A stretch of 64,000 nucleotides of DNA from the human T2T-CHM13v2.0 reference genome, Homo sapiens, in assembly GCF_009914755.1 (NCBI RefSeq), contig NC_060929.1. One strand, written 5' to 3'. The notes under the pieces were generated by a model, which ran no database searches, was not told the DNA's origin, and was given only the letters and a program-made list of their open reading frames with translations. This document shows, in pieces, positions 15,601 to 28,280 of this stretch (its first letter is position 1; every line of letters starts with the position of its first letter). The translations under genes were made by a program, and so were the position numbers.

Positions 15601-17549
15601 CTCTGGCAGAAAAACAACAAGTTTATCTTGGAAGTTTGACAGGAAAAATGCTTTTAAAGAAAAAGCAAACCATCTTTTTCCTATGAGTCGGCTGAAGATA
15701 TATTTATCTCCTTTCCAAAATGGATACCACCATCAATAAATTATTAATAACTATTTGTCTAGTGAATCCTATAGAGTGGGTCCCATCCTTGTCACTTTTT
15801 ACTTAAATTACCGTTGGTCCTCTGTAAGGAAACACCAGCACAAATAGGTCATTTGCGTAAGAATTTAAAGACAGATGTGTGGTTCCAAAGCCATAGTTCA
15901 CCACTTGCAGTATACACACTTGCTTGTTTGTTTCCATCGTGATGAAAAAACAGGTGTGGCCCATCATGCAGGAAAGAGAAAAAATGTAATTCTGACCATT
16001 CCTCAATTAGTGGCCTACTACATTTTCATTATGACCAATAATCACACCTGTTTTTGTACAGCCTGCATGCTAAGAATGACTTTTACATTTTGAAGTTTCT
16101 TAAATAAACAGAAGGTGACAAATAGGTGGCACAGACCTGTGTGACCTACAAAGCTTAAATATTTACCATGTGGCTCTTCAGAGTCTGCCTATCCCTGCAT
16201 TACGTAAACAAGACTCGTTTTCATTAGATGTCTTGAGAACTGGCTTTGAGAAAGGTAGGAGAAAATACACTTTTATTAACATTTTTGAAGGGAAATATTT
16301 GTTGTTTCTTACCTTCAATTATTTGCAGCACATTTGATTCTTTCTGACTTTCATTTAACATCTACTATGCAGCACTTTGCAGCATTTAAAGGGAAGACTC
16401 ATCTGTAAGACATAAAAACCACCATCATCCAACTCAAAATGTGATGTTACTAAAAATTACTCCGTGCTAAGGGGATTTTTTGCCCCTTAGGTGGCAGATC
16501 CTTGGGGTTGTGGAGGTAAACCCCGGAGCCTGGAAGAGCAGGTAGGATTTCTACACCTAGAGCTAGAAGGAAGCGTGTTCCAGGTGAGGGGAAAACACTA
16601 GCAAGGGTGCACAGACAGGGAGGCAGCAGTGAGAACTCCAAGTGCCCCTAATCATAAAAGTGCGTCATGGCTGCGGGTGGATGGTGTAGAGGGAGAGAGA
16701 GCTGGTGTCTTCTCCAGTAAGGTACTTTGGAAAAACACACATTTAAGTAACTGTACATAAAAGGGAAGTAATGGTGAAGATAAATTTGTCTGGGATCAGA
16801 CGCTAGCACCGGGACGATCATGATCCCTACAGGTCTTTCTCTAATACCTGCTGCCCCTTTCCCTAATGGGTCACATGGTCTGTCTTCCACTGTATAGCTG
16901 CGTCCCGCTATGGATCTGCTCACTTCCCTTTTCTTTTTTAACTTTACCCTTGTTTTCTGCCCACCTGTCTCTGAGAAAAGCTGAGACTTCTATCACCGGC
17001 AGGTCCTCAGTTAGGTACACGCCTGTCTTGCTTGGGTGTCAACGACAGGAAACTTAGCTATCGCTGGATGTCTGCTTCCGCCACTCCACAGCAGGTGGTA
17101 TCCAGAGTGTGTAAGCAAGGTCAGGGGTGCGAAATTTGGAGAAGAAAACTCAGAGAAAAATGCAGACTGCTTTTTTTGGAAGGGGTGTTTTCAGTTGCAA
17201 TTTCCATACTGAGGAGCTAGAAATTGGCTGGTAAGGTCTAGACATTAACTTAACTAAACGTGCATTCCTCCTCTTGAATTTGGACTTTATAAGGAATTTG
17301 GATTGTATAACCACACGATGGAAGCTGCGAGAGGCTTCTGAACAAGGTACTGACGGCGACCAGCTGTGATGACTAAAAAGACGATTCTGGTGGTGGTGGA
17401 TACGGTGGCTGGAGATAAGAAAAACCTCGGTTCAAACGAGATCTGAATTTACCCACTAACTACGACCACGAGGAGTTTATTCCTTTATCTTTCCGTTTTC
17501 TCTCTCTCCCGAGAAGTGTCAAAAACAGGATTTGGAGGTGGCAGGATAA

Positions 17550-18700
17550 TGGCCAAAATGGGTAGACAAGGTGGCGAACGATTCAACCAGGCTCTGGGCT
17601 TGGCGCATGGTGGGCGGTGGCGCCCACACCTGGGCCTGGGAACCCGCCGCTCGGGCATCACTGGCTGCCGCGGCGACCGGCGAGGACACATGACCGAGGA
17701 GCGAAAGGTCAGAAGACAAGGGGACTGTTACAGGAGCAGGGGAGCCGCCACTGGCTGCTAAGGCCGTGCAACTGGCGCCGAAGCGCACGATCTCCGCCCG
17801 CCCCGCAGCGCGTCGGGAACTGTAGTCCCTCCCTCTCCTGCTCCCTGGCCCAGGACGGGCTCCGGGACAGCGCCTATCCCTCTAGCTGTAAATCACGCAC
17901 TTTCCTGTCCTGGACGCCGGGTCCTTCCACTTCTCAGGCGTCTGGAGCTTACGTCACGGGCGGGTCACCGCCCACATAGCGGAGGCCTTTAGGTGTCTAT
18001 GGAAAGCCTGTCGTACAGCAAGGTGGCAATAAAGGATCGACCCTTAACAGTGGTAGGAATGCACCTTCGATCCTTCTACTCCTATTGGCTGCTCCTCTGT
18101 GGGCGTCTCCCCCGCCGCATAGCACAGCTCCTCTCCCGGTGTTGCTCAGGCAGCGCCTTAGGCAGCCCCGCGCCCAGGGGAGGGGCGGGGCGAGCCAGGG
18201 CGGGGCGGGGCGAGCCAGGGCGGGGCGGGGCCCTGACTGGACTGCGTCGCGCTCGGGGGCCGCGCCGGGTAGCGTTTCTTTTTAGTGCCTGAGGCAGCTC
18301 TGGCTCGGAGAGCCTTTTGCTAGCCCCACGGGGACCTCTGTGCACGGATGGACCCGCCCGGACCTGGCGGGAAGCGGCCTGGCAGGCGGCGGCCCCGGCG
18401 GCATCAGCAGAGACAGGACGGGGCCGACGCCGCGGGCCCCTGAGGCGTGCGTGCCCACCGGGCCCGGCGGCGGCACCATGATGCCGGGCGAGACCCATTC
18501 GGCGGCGCCCGGGACGGCGGCGGACCTGTCGCGATGTCAGGGCTGCGCCTCTCTGCAGCAGGTGCAGCACCTCCCGGGGCCCCGGGCGCGGGGGGGGACT
18601 CGGCTCGGCCGGCCGGGAGCGCAGGGATGTGGGGTCCGGCCGCGCGGGCTGTGCCTCAGTGCGCTGCTCTCCCTTCCCAACCGTAGCTCTTGCTCGCTCG
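17550..18700. promoter_or_regulatory. CpG-island promoter of ICE1
   Basis: Very GC- and CpG-rich; multiple GGGGCGGGG GC boxes (18182-18230), inverted CCAAT (~18085), TTACGTCA (17949-17956) and a ZNF143-like motif (17815-17829); overlaps coding exon 1. Confidence 0.9.
18478..18561 (+). CDS. ICE1: ICE1 coding exon 1 (MMPGETHSAAPGTAADLSRCQGCASLQQ)
   Basis: GGCACC-ATG-ATG start, donor CAG|GTGCAG; peptide recognised as the ICE1 N-terminus and joins exon 2 in frame. Confidence 0.95.
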
Positions 18701-20009
18701 TCTCTCTGCTCTCTTTTTCCTACATGAGTTTTGGGGACGGCTTTCTTTGCTTTATTTAAGCTTGAAACCCAGAGTTCATTGACTGGAATGCGCTGGTGTA
18801 ACGGTGGGGGTGGAGTAAGCGAGGTTTGGAGGGCCCCCCACCTTCCCTACCCGGCCTCGGAGCTCCCTAGGGCAGACTCCGTAGGTCAGTGAGGGACAGG
18901 TGAAACGCCGAGGGCAGTTATCTCCCTGAGGATAACGCTTTGGTCTTCTGGCCCATCCTGAGTATTTGTTGTTTGGAGGCAGAATCTTACGTGACATGTG
19001 GGTTGTCTGAGTCGTTAGACTCGAAGAGTCTAGGGAGGCGTTTCAGCTTATAGCAGATGTGCCATCCCGAGGCTAATTTTTTAAAAAGCAAGCCAAGTAA
19101 TTGGTCAAGTAGCTTGTCAGTTGTTTGATAAAAGTAGTTTATGAAAGGCATGCAGAGACTGGAGGTTTCTAACAGCGGCGTGGGCTCTTCTTTAGAGTGA
19201 CATAAGGGAGAATTGCTAGAGTATGGCTCCAGATCTTATGGGGTGGTACTTGGGCAATAGTGCCCCTCATTTCCCACGACTCTCCTAGCTGCCTGATGTC
19301 GGGGGTCTCTTTTAACTTCCTACTATCGCGGTTTCAGTGATAAAACGGAACTCACCAGCACCTCATTACCTACTCTGCCTAGTGTTCTAGGAACTACAGA
19401 CATTGTGGTGAACAAAATAGGATCTCTCATAAGTAAGATGCATATGTGTGAATAAGGCCTCAGAAGATTTTAGGTGTTAGAAAATAAAGGAGGATGTTGG
19501 AATATTGGTCTTGTCTCTTAGCTAGAGTAGTCAGGTAGGGAATTTTTGAGTCAGTAACTTTCAGATATTTGAATAATGGGAAGGATCGGGCTGTCAGAAG
19601 AGATGTGGGAAGAGCTTCCTGGATAGAGGGATTAACAGGTGGAAAGGTTCCTTTGGTGAGAAGGAGCAGGGTGTCTTTGATGAGCAGAACATGGTATGGT
19701 TGGCATGAGCATAGTGCACACGGAAGATGGTTGATGAGACCAGACGGGAGTGCAGGCTAGGTAGGCCATGCCGAGAAACTTGGTTTGCATTTTAAGTGCA
19801 ATATCTGTGAACTGATTGCAAACATTTTAAGTGTTGAAGGAAGGGGAGGAAGGAAATGTGCTGCTTTTGTGAGTAGAAGGAGAACTAACAGATCATTGCC
19901 TTCACTGAGCTGCATTGTGTAGGTATCTTATAACGCCCCCCCGCCCCCGCCACCACCACCCCAGGAACGTGATTGGAGTTCTCCCGAATCTTTAATACAT
20001 TGTATTTAT

Positions 20010-20580
20010 TATTCGAGCCAATTCACTCAACAAACATTTATTGATCACCTGCCGTATTTTAGACACTGCAATTATGGCATTAGGGGAGAAAAAGACAAAA
20101 ATTCTTGATCTCTTGGAGCTTCCGTTCTAGGAGGGTGGCAGGATAAATGAAACAAATGAGTTATGTTAGAGGGTAATGAAAACGTTGTTGATGAATTGAA
20201 CAGAGATGGGGAGGGAATGAATGGGTGAGGACTAGGCCAGTGGCTGTTGGAATTTAAGTAGGGAGTCCTGGAACGTTTATATTGGAGCAAAGGTGAGAGA
20301 ATAATAAGCTCTGTAGAAATCTTGGAAGAAAAGTCTCCCATACAGTGGAAACATCAGATGTGAAGAACTGTAGCAGGAGCTGGCTTGGTGTGCTTGGGAA
20401 GAGCAAGAAGGCCAGTGAAGCTGGAGCGGAGTGAATGCTGGGAGTCAGGAAGGTAGGAGGAGGGCCTGATTGTGTGGGCTCCTGTAGACCATTGTTGGGG
20501 TTTGGGCGATGGAAATGGTGAGTCATTGGAGGCTTTTGTGCAGAAGAACTACTGATGTGAACTGTGCTTTTCAGTCATGG
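20010..20580. mobile_element. L2 fragment(s)
   Basis: ATTCACTCAACAAACATTTATTGA end motif and L2-like purine-rich body; approximate. Confidence 0.6.
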
Positions 20581-20859
20581 ATCTGTTATGGTTAAATTTA
20601 GCAACTGTATTCTTCTGGTTGCTTAGGCCAGAAACTAGATGGCATCCTTGGTGCAGCTCTTTTTTTCTCATAACCTGTATCCAGTTTATCAGATTGTGTC
20701 CGCTCTGCCTTCATTATTCACCCACTTTTCAACATCTCCACTGCTTCCACCGTGGTGTGAACTACTCTAATGTATGGCCTAGAAATTGAATCTCCTTCCT
20801 TCTACCCTTGCCACATTTCCTGCTGTGGGTTCTCAAAACATCAATAAGAGTAATCCTAG

Positions 20860-21040
20860 ATCCAGAGGTCTGCAAACTTTTTCTGTAAGGAGCAAGATCA
20901 CAAGTATTTAGGCTTTGGGGACTTGCTCAGAACTGCTCAGCTCTGCCATTTTCATGTGAAAGCAGCTGTAGACAATTCACAAAGAAATGAGTATGCCTGT
21001 GTTCCATTGAAACATTATAAACACTGGAGTAGGGCCTTAG
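20860..21040. mobile_element. MER58-like hAT DNA transposon fragment
   Basis: CAGAGGTCTGCAAACTTTTTCTGTAAGG start, CTGTGTTCCA..AAAC motif. Confidence 0.55.
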
Positions 21041-21728
21041 TTTACAGAGTTCTTCTCTAGGTCAGGACACTATTGCATTTGGATTTTCTGTGGCCTGGAA
21101 TTGGATTACCTTTTTAGGGGAAAGTTACGAGTAGAGTCTCTGGAGGAATTCTGTAGTTGTGCAAAGTGAGTCTAGAAAAATAGGTTCCTGGCAGTTTATA
21201 GAGAACCTTGAATGGTAACCATCATAAATTCTTGTACTTATTTCTGTCAGTGTTATGGGATGGTGAAGGTTTTTGCATAGTTACGTTAGGACAGTGCTTG
21301 TAGTAGAAGTAACGGTGGTATGCAGGATGGATTGAAGGGGGGTGCAACTAGGTATGGTAAATTATTTTACTAATACATAATAGTGATAACAAAAGTCTGA
21401 AGTAATTGAAGGTTCCTGGGAAGGGGAATAAAGAAGAAAAAGGTTCTGAATATGAGACAGTGTAAAGAATGGGCAGGTCTCATGTCAGGAAATGGAAGGT
21501 CCCGAGGTTTAAAACTCAAATGACCATGAGAACTGTGGTAGATACAGGAGGAAGAGGAAATCAAGGTGGAAGGGACTGAAGTTGGAATGACATCAGAACT
21601 AGGAGTGTTCAGCCATTTTCAGATTTAATGTTTGTGGAACACAGTGCTTCCAAGGTGCCCTAATATCCCTCAAGGAAATAGCAGGCCAGGTTAGATGTGC
21701 ACTGTGTTCAGTGTAAGAATTTTATCTG

Positions 21729-22085
<357 letters not shown>

Positions 22086-24478
22086 TTAAAGGAATCTTTG
22101 AAACCATGAGGCCAATTCATGGGATTACATGCTATCATTAGAGTCAGTGACGGAAAACCAACTAGCTGATGTGTGGCCTTTGATGAAGGGGAACATGGAA
22201 TGGTGAGGAAAGGAGAAACAGATAAAGTATGTTAGAGGGTTAAACAGGGAGTGCGTTCCAGAGGGAATCAAGAGTTCCAGAGGGAACCAAGATCGGAAAG
22301 AATGAGAATTAAGGAAAAGCAATTCTTTTGGTCAATTAGTAGATAACCGCTTTTTGGAAATAATTTTCGCATGTATTATAACTACGTGAAGTTCCATATT
22401 TCAATTAAACTTTCGTGTGAGAGAGAAACTAAAGAGGTACAGAGAGAAGATATTCTGTGCTATAGTTTTAACTTTTTGATCATGCAGAGAATTTACAAGT
22501 GTAACATAGGAGTCAGTCTTTCCAATGGTAGGCAACCATATTGGTGTTGTGACTTCATTCTGAACTGTAATGTTAGGCTAACTTGCCTCTCTGTCTTGAA
22601 TAGTGGTTTGCTTGCACTGAAAATCTTCCTTTCATTTCTTAATCCTCCCTGTCCTTTTTTTCTTTAGTTGTTGAAGAGATAACAGTACCTTTGCAGAGAT
22701 CATTATTTGATTCAGAAGTGTGCAGATTGACTACATTTTCTGTGTCTTTTGCTCGTAGTCTCACAAATCACTTCATATCTGTTTTGTTACGCTCATTGAT
22801 TACAGTAGTTCATTGCTGATCCATAGCCCAATGCCCAAAGTTCTGGGTTGCAGAACTTTGGCAGTCAGATATAACAGTGTGGGTCCTCACTCTAGTCATA
22901 TTATGTATTATGTATGGTTAAGTAAAGTCTTAAGTTGTGTGTGTTTAAGTCAAGCTAGTGAAGCTGACATAGTCTCTTTATTCTGATGAAGGAGAGGCCC
23001 ATATTTGCTGACTTCACTGCAGTGCAAAACAGTTGGATTCTCCTGGGGATCCAGATGAGAGTTTGAAACACATGATTATATTGTTCATCTCATGTATCTA
23101 GATTAGATTCAGTGAGTTTGATGTATGGTTGTCCTTGGAACAGATTTGAGCCTGTCCATAAACTTGTGCTGGACTCCCATTGATAATCGCTAGTGATTTA
23201 AGTGTCATCGTTTGGAACTTGAAACATTTTATTCCAGACCTATTGATTTAGAAATGGTTCTTTTACAAGGAATGCTTACAAAATTGTAATTCATTCATTT
23301 GCCAAACACATTTATTGAGCTTCGATGTATATATGATGCTATCCTGTGTTTCAGAATACAATGATGAACAGAAGAGGCATGGAGCTCATTCTTGTTGAGG
23401 TTACAGTTAAGTAGAAAAGCAACCACAGTATAGGTATAATATAAATATTATGGTAAGGGACATATGAGGTACTCTGGGAGCATGTAGGAGGGACAGTTAT
23501 ATAGGAATTGTGCCACCTCTCTGAAGGCTTCATAAAAGTGAATCTAAATTGAGGTCTGAAAGATGATTTGCAGTTAACTAAGAGGGAAAAGATGGAGGGA
23601 GAGTGTTGTAGACAGAACAAGTTGTGCCAAGGCCTGGAGGGGAGAAAGTAGTTGACGATAGATGAAGCACAGAGTAAAGGTGGGGATAACTGAGGTGGGG
23701 CTGGAGAGACTGGGGTTTGCCTTCCCAGCACCCAGAAGCCACTCTGCTTGGTTTTGGTGGGTGGGTGTGGTTGGGGCACAGTTAGAGAGAGGTGGACATT
23801 CCTGCCTTGTTGCCCTGTTCCAGTCCACGCTGTGCCAGAGGTTTTAACAGGTGAGAAGACACACTCATCTCTGCTAGATATCAGTGTAGGCTTTGATTTT
23901 AAATAAGAGCAGTTAGTAAACAGCAAGCACACCAGGAATAAGTGGTTTATCAGAGAGGAGTCATGCTGAACAATTAGCCAGATCTCTCCCAGCAAAGCAA
24001 TAAATGTGAGTAGTGTGATTTTTAAAAATAATTTATTTTGAAATAATTTCAGACTTACAATAAAGTTGCCACAATAATACAAATAACCCTGATGTTCTCA
24101 AATTCACAAATTGTTAACATGTTATTGCATTTGCTTCATCATTGTCTGCACACATACACTTTGTCTCCTGTACATGTTCCAGGGTATACTTCCTCCAGAT
24201 ATGAACGTTTTCCAACATAATTACCCTACACCCCTCCAAATCAGGATAGTAACATTGGTGCAGCTGTAGACCTATTCAGATTTTGCTTGCTGGCCTGGGA
24301 GTGGCTTTTTGCTTTCTTACTCAAAGTCATGTCAGGAATATGTGTTATATTTTATTGTAATGTCTCTTCAGCCTCCTTCATTTAGTCTTTGTCTTTCATG
24401 TTTGTGAAAGTTTAAACAGCAGAGCCTTGCATTCCTCAGCGAACGTTTTACTACTTCTGAAGACATTTTTGATTGTCA

Positions 24479-25008
24479 GTGTTGGAGTCCCTAAGACCAT
24501 GCTCATGTTCAGTACTCATAGGACTTAGCATATAGTTATACTCATGGCTGTGGTTTCTTACAGGGAAAGCATACAGAGTGAAGTCAGTAAAGGGAAAAGG
24601 CATATGGGGCAAAGTCTGGGGAAATCAGGCACAAGCTTCTGAGAGTGTTTCCCAGTAGAGTCACACAGCACATGCCTAATTGCTCCAGTATCGTGTTGTA
24701 ACAGTACTTGTGAAGTGTTATCTGCCGGGGAATCTCATTAGGGACCTAGTGCCTGAGTTTTTTTTACTGGGGGCTGGTCTTGTAGGCACCCTCTGCCTAG
24801 CAAGCACCAAGATTCCAGACCCCCACAAGGAAAGCAGGTGTTGAGCATAAACCATACATGATGAGCCATTTTCATCAGTTTGGGGAATGATGGGAAGGAA
24901 CTCTCCAGAAATCCGAGTCCTCAGGTGACAGCCAATGGCCCACCTTGCAAGCAGGTCTTGCTAAGGATCGTGTTCTCAGGCCTGCTGGGTTAATTGTTTG
25001 CTGCACAC
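24479..25008. mobile_element. MER21-like LTR
   Basis: TGTTGGAGTCCCTAAGACC..., GGACTTAGCATATAGTTATACTCATGGCT resemble the MER21 family from recall. Confidence 0.55.
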
Positions 25009-26459
25009 ACACCTTGGAGCTTGGGGAGTGCTACAGCCAGCTGGTAGAGGCCAGGGATTCTGCCGAACATCCCGTCTTCCTTCTAGCCCAAGATGTCAGT
25101 AGTGCTGAAGTTAAGAAACTGTCTTCTCTTACATATTTACTGATTTGTTTGAGCAGACTACATATCCCATTATCATCTGTATTTATTTGTTTGCTATATT
25201 ATCTATATACTTACTACCTTAGCATAACCATTTTCCTGGCTACACTGGCCATGTCTTCTGTCATGTCCTCTCAGCTGGTATGCCTGCTAGCTTGCTCCTT
25301 GCCCTGTGTGCTCAGCCAGGTGTGATTCTACTTCCCCAAGAAAGGAAGGAAGCATGGGCATCAGCATTCACAGTGACAATTCAGGAGGGTATTGTATGGA
25401 TAAAGTTAAAATTGTCTGGTAGAGGGGAGAAGTAAATGGGAAACAAAAAGTCTTGAGTAAGAGAGTGGGCTGCTCTGGGAATTGTGTTAGTGAATTAGTA
25501 TAGCTTAAGAAATCACCCAGAAGGCAAAGAAAAGATGGTAGTTATGAGAGAAAAGAGGAGAGAATTGAAAATAAGCCTGAACTTTCCAATAGACTATATA
25601 ATAGAAGCTCTAGAAGAGGAGAGCAGGGCTGCTAAGAGAAAGCGATAATCGAGGAAACAACCCTTAGTATCTCCTGGAGAGGAAGAACACCTTGAACCTC
25701 ACTTCTTCCATAGCAGCTGGACCTGTGCAGGAATGAATGTGGGTCAGAGGAGCCTGATCGCCCTTCACCCAGGCACACCCTGCTCACTTTCACAATTGCG
25801 AGGTTCATTATTTAGAGGCCTTGGTTTCAGCCAACATAAATGACATCTGAATCTGATTGGAGGAAAAAAAAATGTTTTATCAGAGTATTACAATATCTGA
25901 CCACAGATAATACAGTATCTGACCAGATTTGAGCTGATATGCAGCAGGGCCTTGGGAAATAATGTTAGTCAGAGACTAGAATGCTATCGGATAACTGAGA
26001 AATCTTTTGTTTTCTCATTATACTGTTTTGTGATCTTGTTTTTTGTTTAATCACAGTTAAATATAAAAAGGCAGCTAGACAGATATACAAGAGTTGTTAA
26101 GACAACAAGTCAGCAGCCCCCAGCCCCACTCATCCCTGCTTTCCAAGACAGAACCATTTTTAATTGCTTCCACTGTGTATTTTACAATGAATTTTCCTGT
26201 TGTTAAATAGTAGACTCATTGCTGACTTTGGGAGGTGAGGATTCAGCTCTCTTACTGCCCCATACTCCACCATGCCTAAGCATATCTCTTCTTTCTCCAT
26301 TTGTTCAGTATAGTTATGATTTCAGTTAGATCAGTATTTGAAGTTGACATTATTAGGACTGTTATTTGAAGCTAAGCTGTGGTGTTTTCTGCATGGTTTC
26401 TTGTTTTCCCTGATAATGATTGTATCTTTAATTCAATTTTTCATCCTGAAGATATTAGT

Positions 26460-26700
26460 GAGTGCTTACTGCTATGCCAGGGACTGGATTGAACACTTTA
26501 TATGGTGCATCTTATTTAATCCTGATAGTATGCCAGTTATTTAAACTCTTTTTGCTTCAGTTTCTCCATCTGTAAAACTGATGAAATAGTTTCGAGGCAG
26601 GGGAGAGGTTAAATAAATTTGCCCAAGGTCACTTAGCAGAAAGTGGGGGTGGAATAGGAATGTGAATCTGACTCTGTGACTCTGGAGCCTGAGGTTTCTT
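26460..26700. mobile_element. MIR fragments
   Basis: TCAGTTTCTCCATCTGTAAAA and TTGCCCAAGGTCAC core motifs. Confidence 0.7.
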
Positions 26701-27589
26701 CGGGGTCTCTGCCTAAGTACTTGGCAACTCAAAATGACATCTAGAAGCATGGGAAAGATGAGCTAGGGTACCAAAGAACTCAAAAGAGAATGGGAGAAAA
26801 AAGAGGAAGAATCACTTTTATTTTAGAAAAAATAATAGTTTAAATGCATGTCCAAAAATAACTGCATTCCCTTGCAAGTCTCTGCCAGTTTGGTATAAAT
26901 ACTCGAATGTTTTCAGTCTTTCATTTTCTTCTCCCTTCGAGCTTTGGGGCCTACTGTCATCTGGTACGCAGCAGCATTCTGAGGGCTCTCTTCACCCCCA
27001 TCTCCATTCCGAAGGACCATGTTCACATCTTTCAGTACCCCCTGAGAAAGAATGTCTGGGAAGTAAGTTTGTAGAGACTTTGCAGATTTGAAAATATTTA
27101 TTGTGTAGAATTTTATCTTGGAATTACTTGCCCTTTGCCATTTCGAAGGCTTGCTTTCTAGGTCTAGTTTTTCGTGTTGGTGTTGAAGTCTGAAGCCATT
27201 CTATCCCCGATTCTTTGTGTATCACTTGATGCCTTTTATTTTGCTCTTGGGATTCTGGTAGGGTCTTTGCTTTGTCTCCAGTGGTCTGAAATTTTGTGTT
27301 CTTGTTTCATGGTTTGAATCCTATTGAAGTCCATATTCCAGGCCCTTTCAATTAGAAATTTCTAGATTTGCTTCTGGGAACTTTTCTTGAATACCAGTAT
27401 TTTTTTTTTAATTAGGTCTCCATCTTCGCCTTATTCTTTATGTGGAACTCTTATTGTTGGGTATGTGGGGCCTCTTGTGTTGATACCCTATTTGTTTTTA
27501 TTTATTTTCCTTCTTTCTCGTGTCTGGGTTTTTATTTTCTGCATCCTTTTTTTTTAACTTTATGGTCAAATATTTTGAGTCTTTGTTAG

Positions 27590-28280
27590 CTATAACAGCA
27601 TTATTGAAATATAATTTACATATAAAATTCTGCCTTTTATTGTATACAATTCAGTTCAATTCACAGAGTTGTGCAGACATCACCACTACATAGTCCTAAA
27701 ACATTTTCATCCTCCACCTTCCCCAAAGAAACCCTATACTAGTTACTAGTCATTTCCTGTCTCTGTACTCTTCCTCCAGTCTCTGGCAGCCACTGGATTA
27801 CTTTTGGCTCTGTTAAGGAAAATTCATATGAATGGACTCTAGAATACACGTGGACTTTTGTAACTGGCTTTTTTCACTTAGCATAATGTTTCAAGGTTGG
27901 TCCATGTTGTAGCATGTATCATTCGTTCATTTTCATTGTCAAATAATTCCTGTTGTATGGATATGTGACATTTTGTGAATCAGTTCATCCTTTGATGGAC
28001 ATTTAATTTATGTTCACTTTTTGGCTAGTTTGAAATAGTGCTGCTATAAATATCAGTGTGTAAGTTTGCCGTGGACTCTATTTTCAGTTCATACCTAGGA
28101 ATGGGACTGTTGGATCGTTGGGTAACTATTTAACATTTTGAGGAACTGCAAAACTAGTTTGCTCAGCAGCTGCCCCATTTTATATTCCCACCAGCAATGT
28201 ATGAGGAATGTATTCAGTTTCTCCACATCATCATCAACACTTGCTATTGTCTGTCTTTTAATTTTAGTTATTCTAGAGTG
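27590..28280 (-). mobile_element. Old L1M fragment
   Basis: TTATTGAAATATAATTTACATA..., TTCACTTAGCATAATGTTT, ATTCCCACCAGCAATGTATGAG. Confidence 0.8.

Noticed and set aside
17485-18759. Many overlapping 60-160 aa ORFs on both strands
   Set aside because: Expected in GC-rich CpG islands where stops are scarce; only exon 1 and the noted uORF/extension have specific support.
23351-24082. 243-aa minus-strand ORF
   Set aside because: Overlaps L2/L1-like repeat sequence; no recognisable domain or gene structure.
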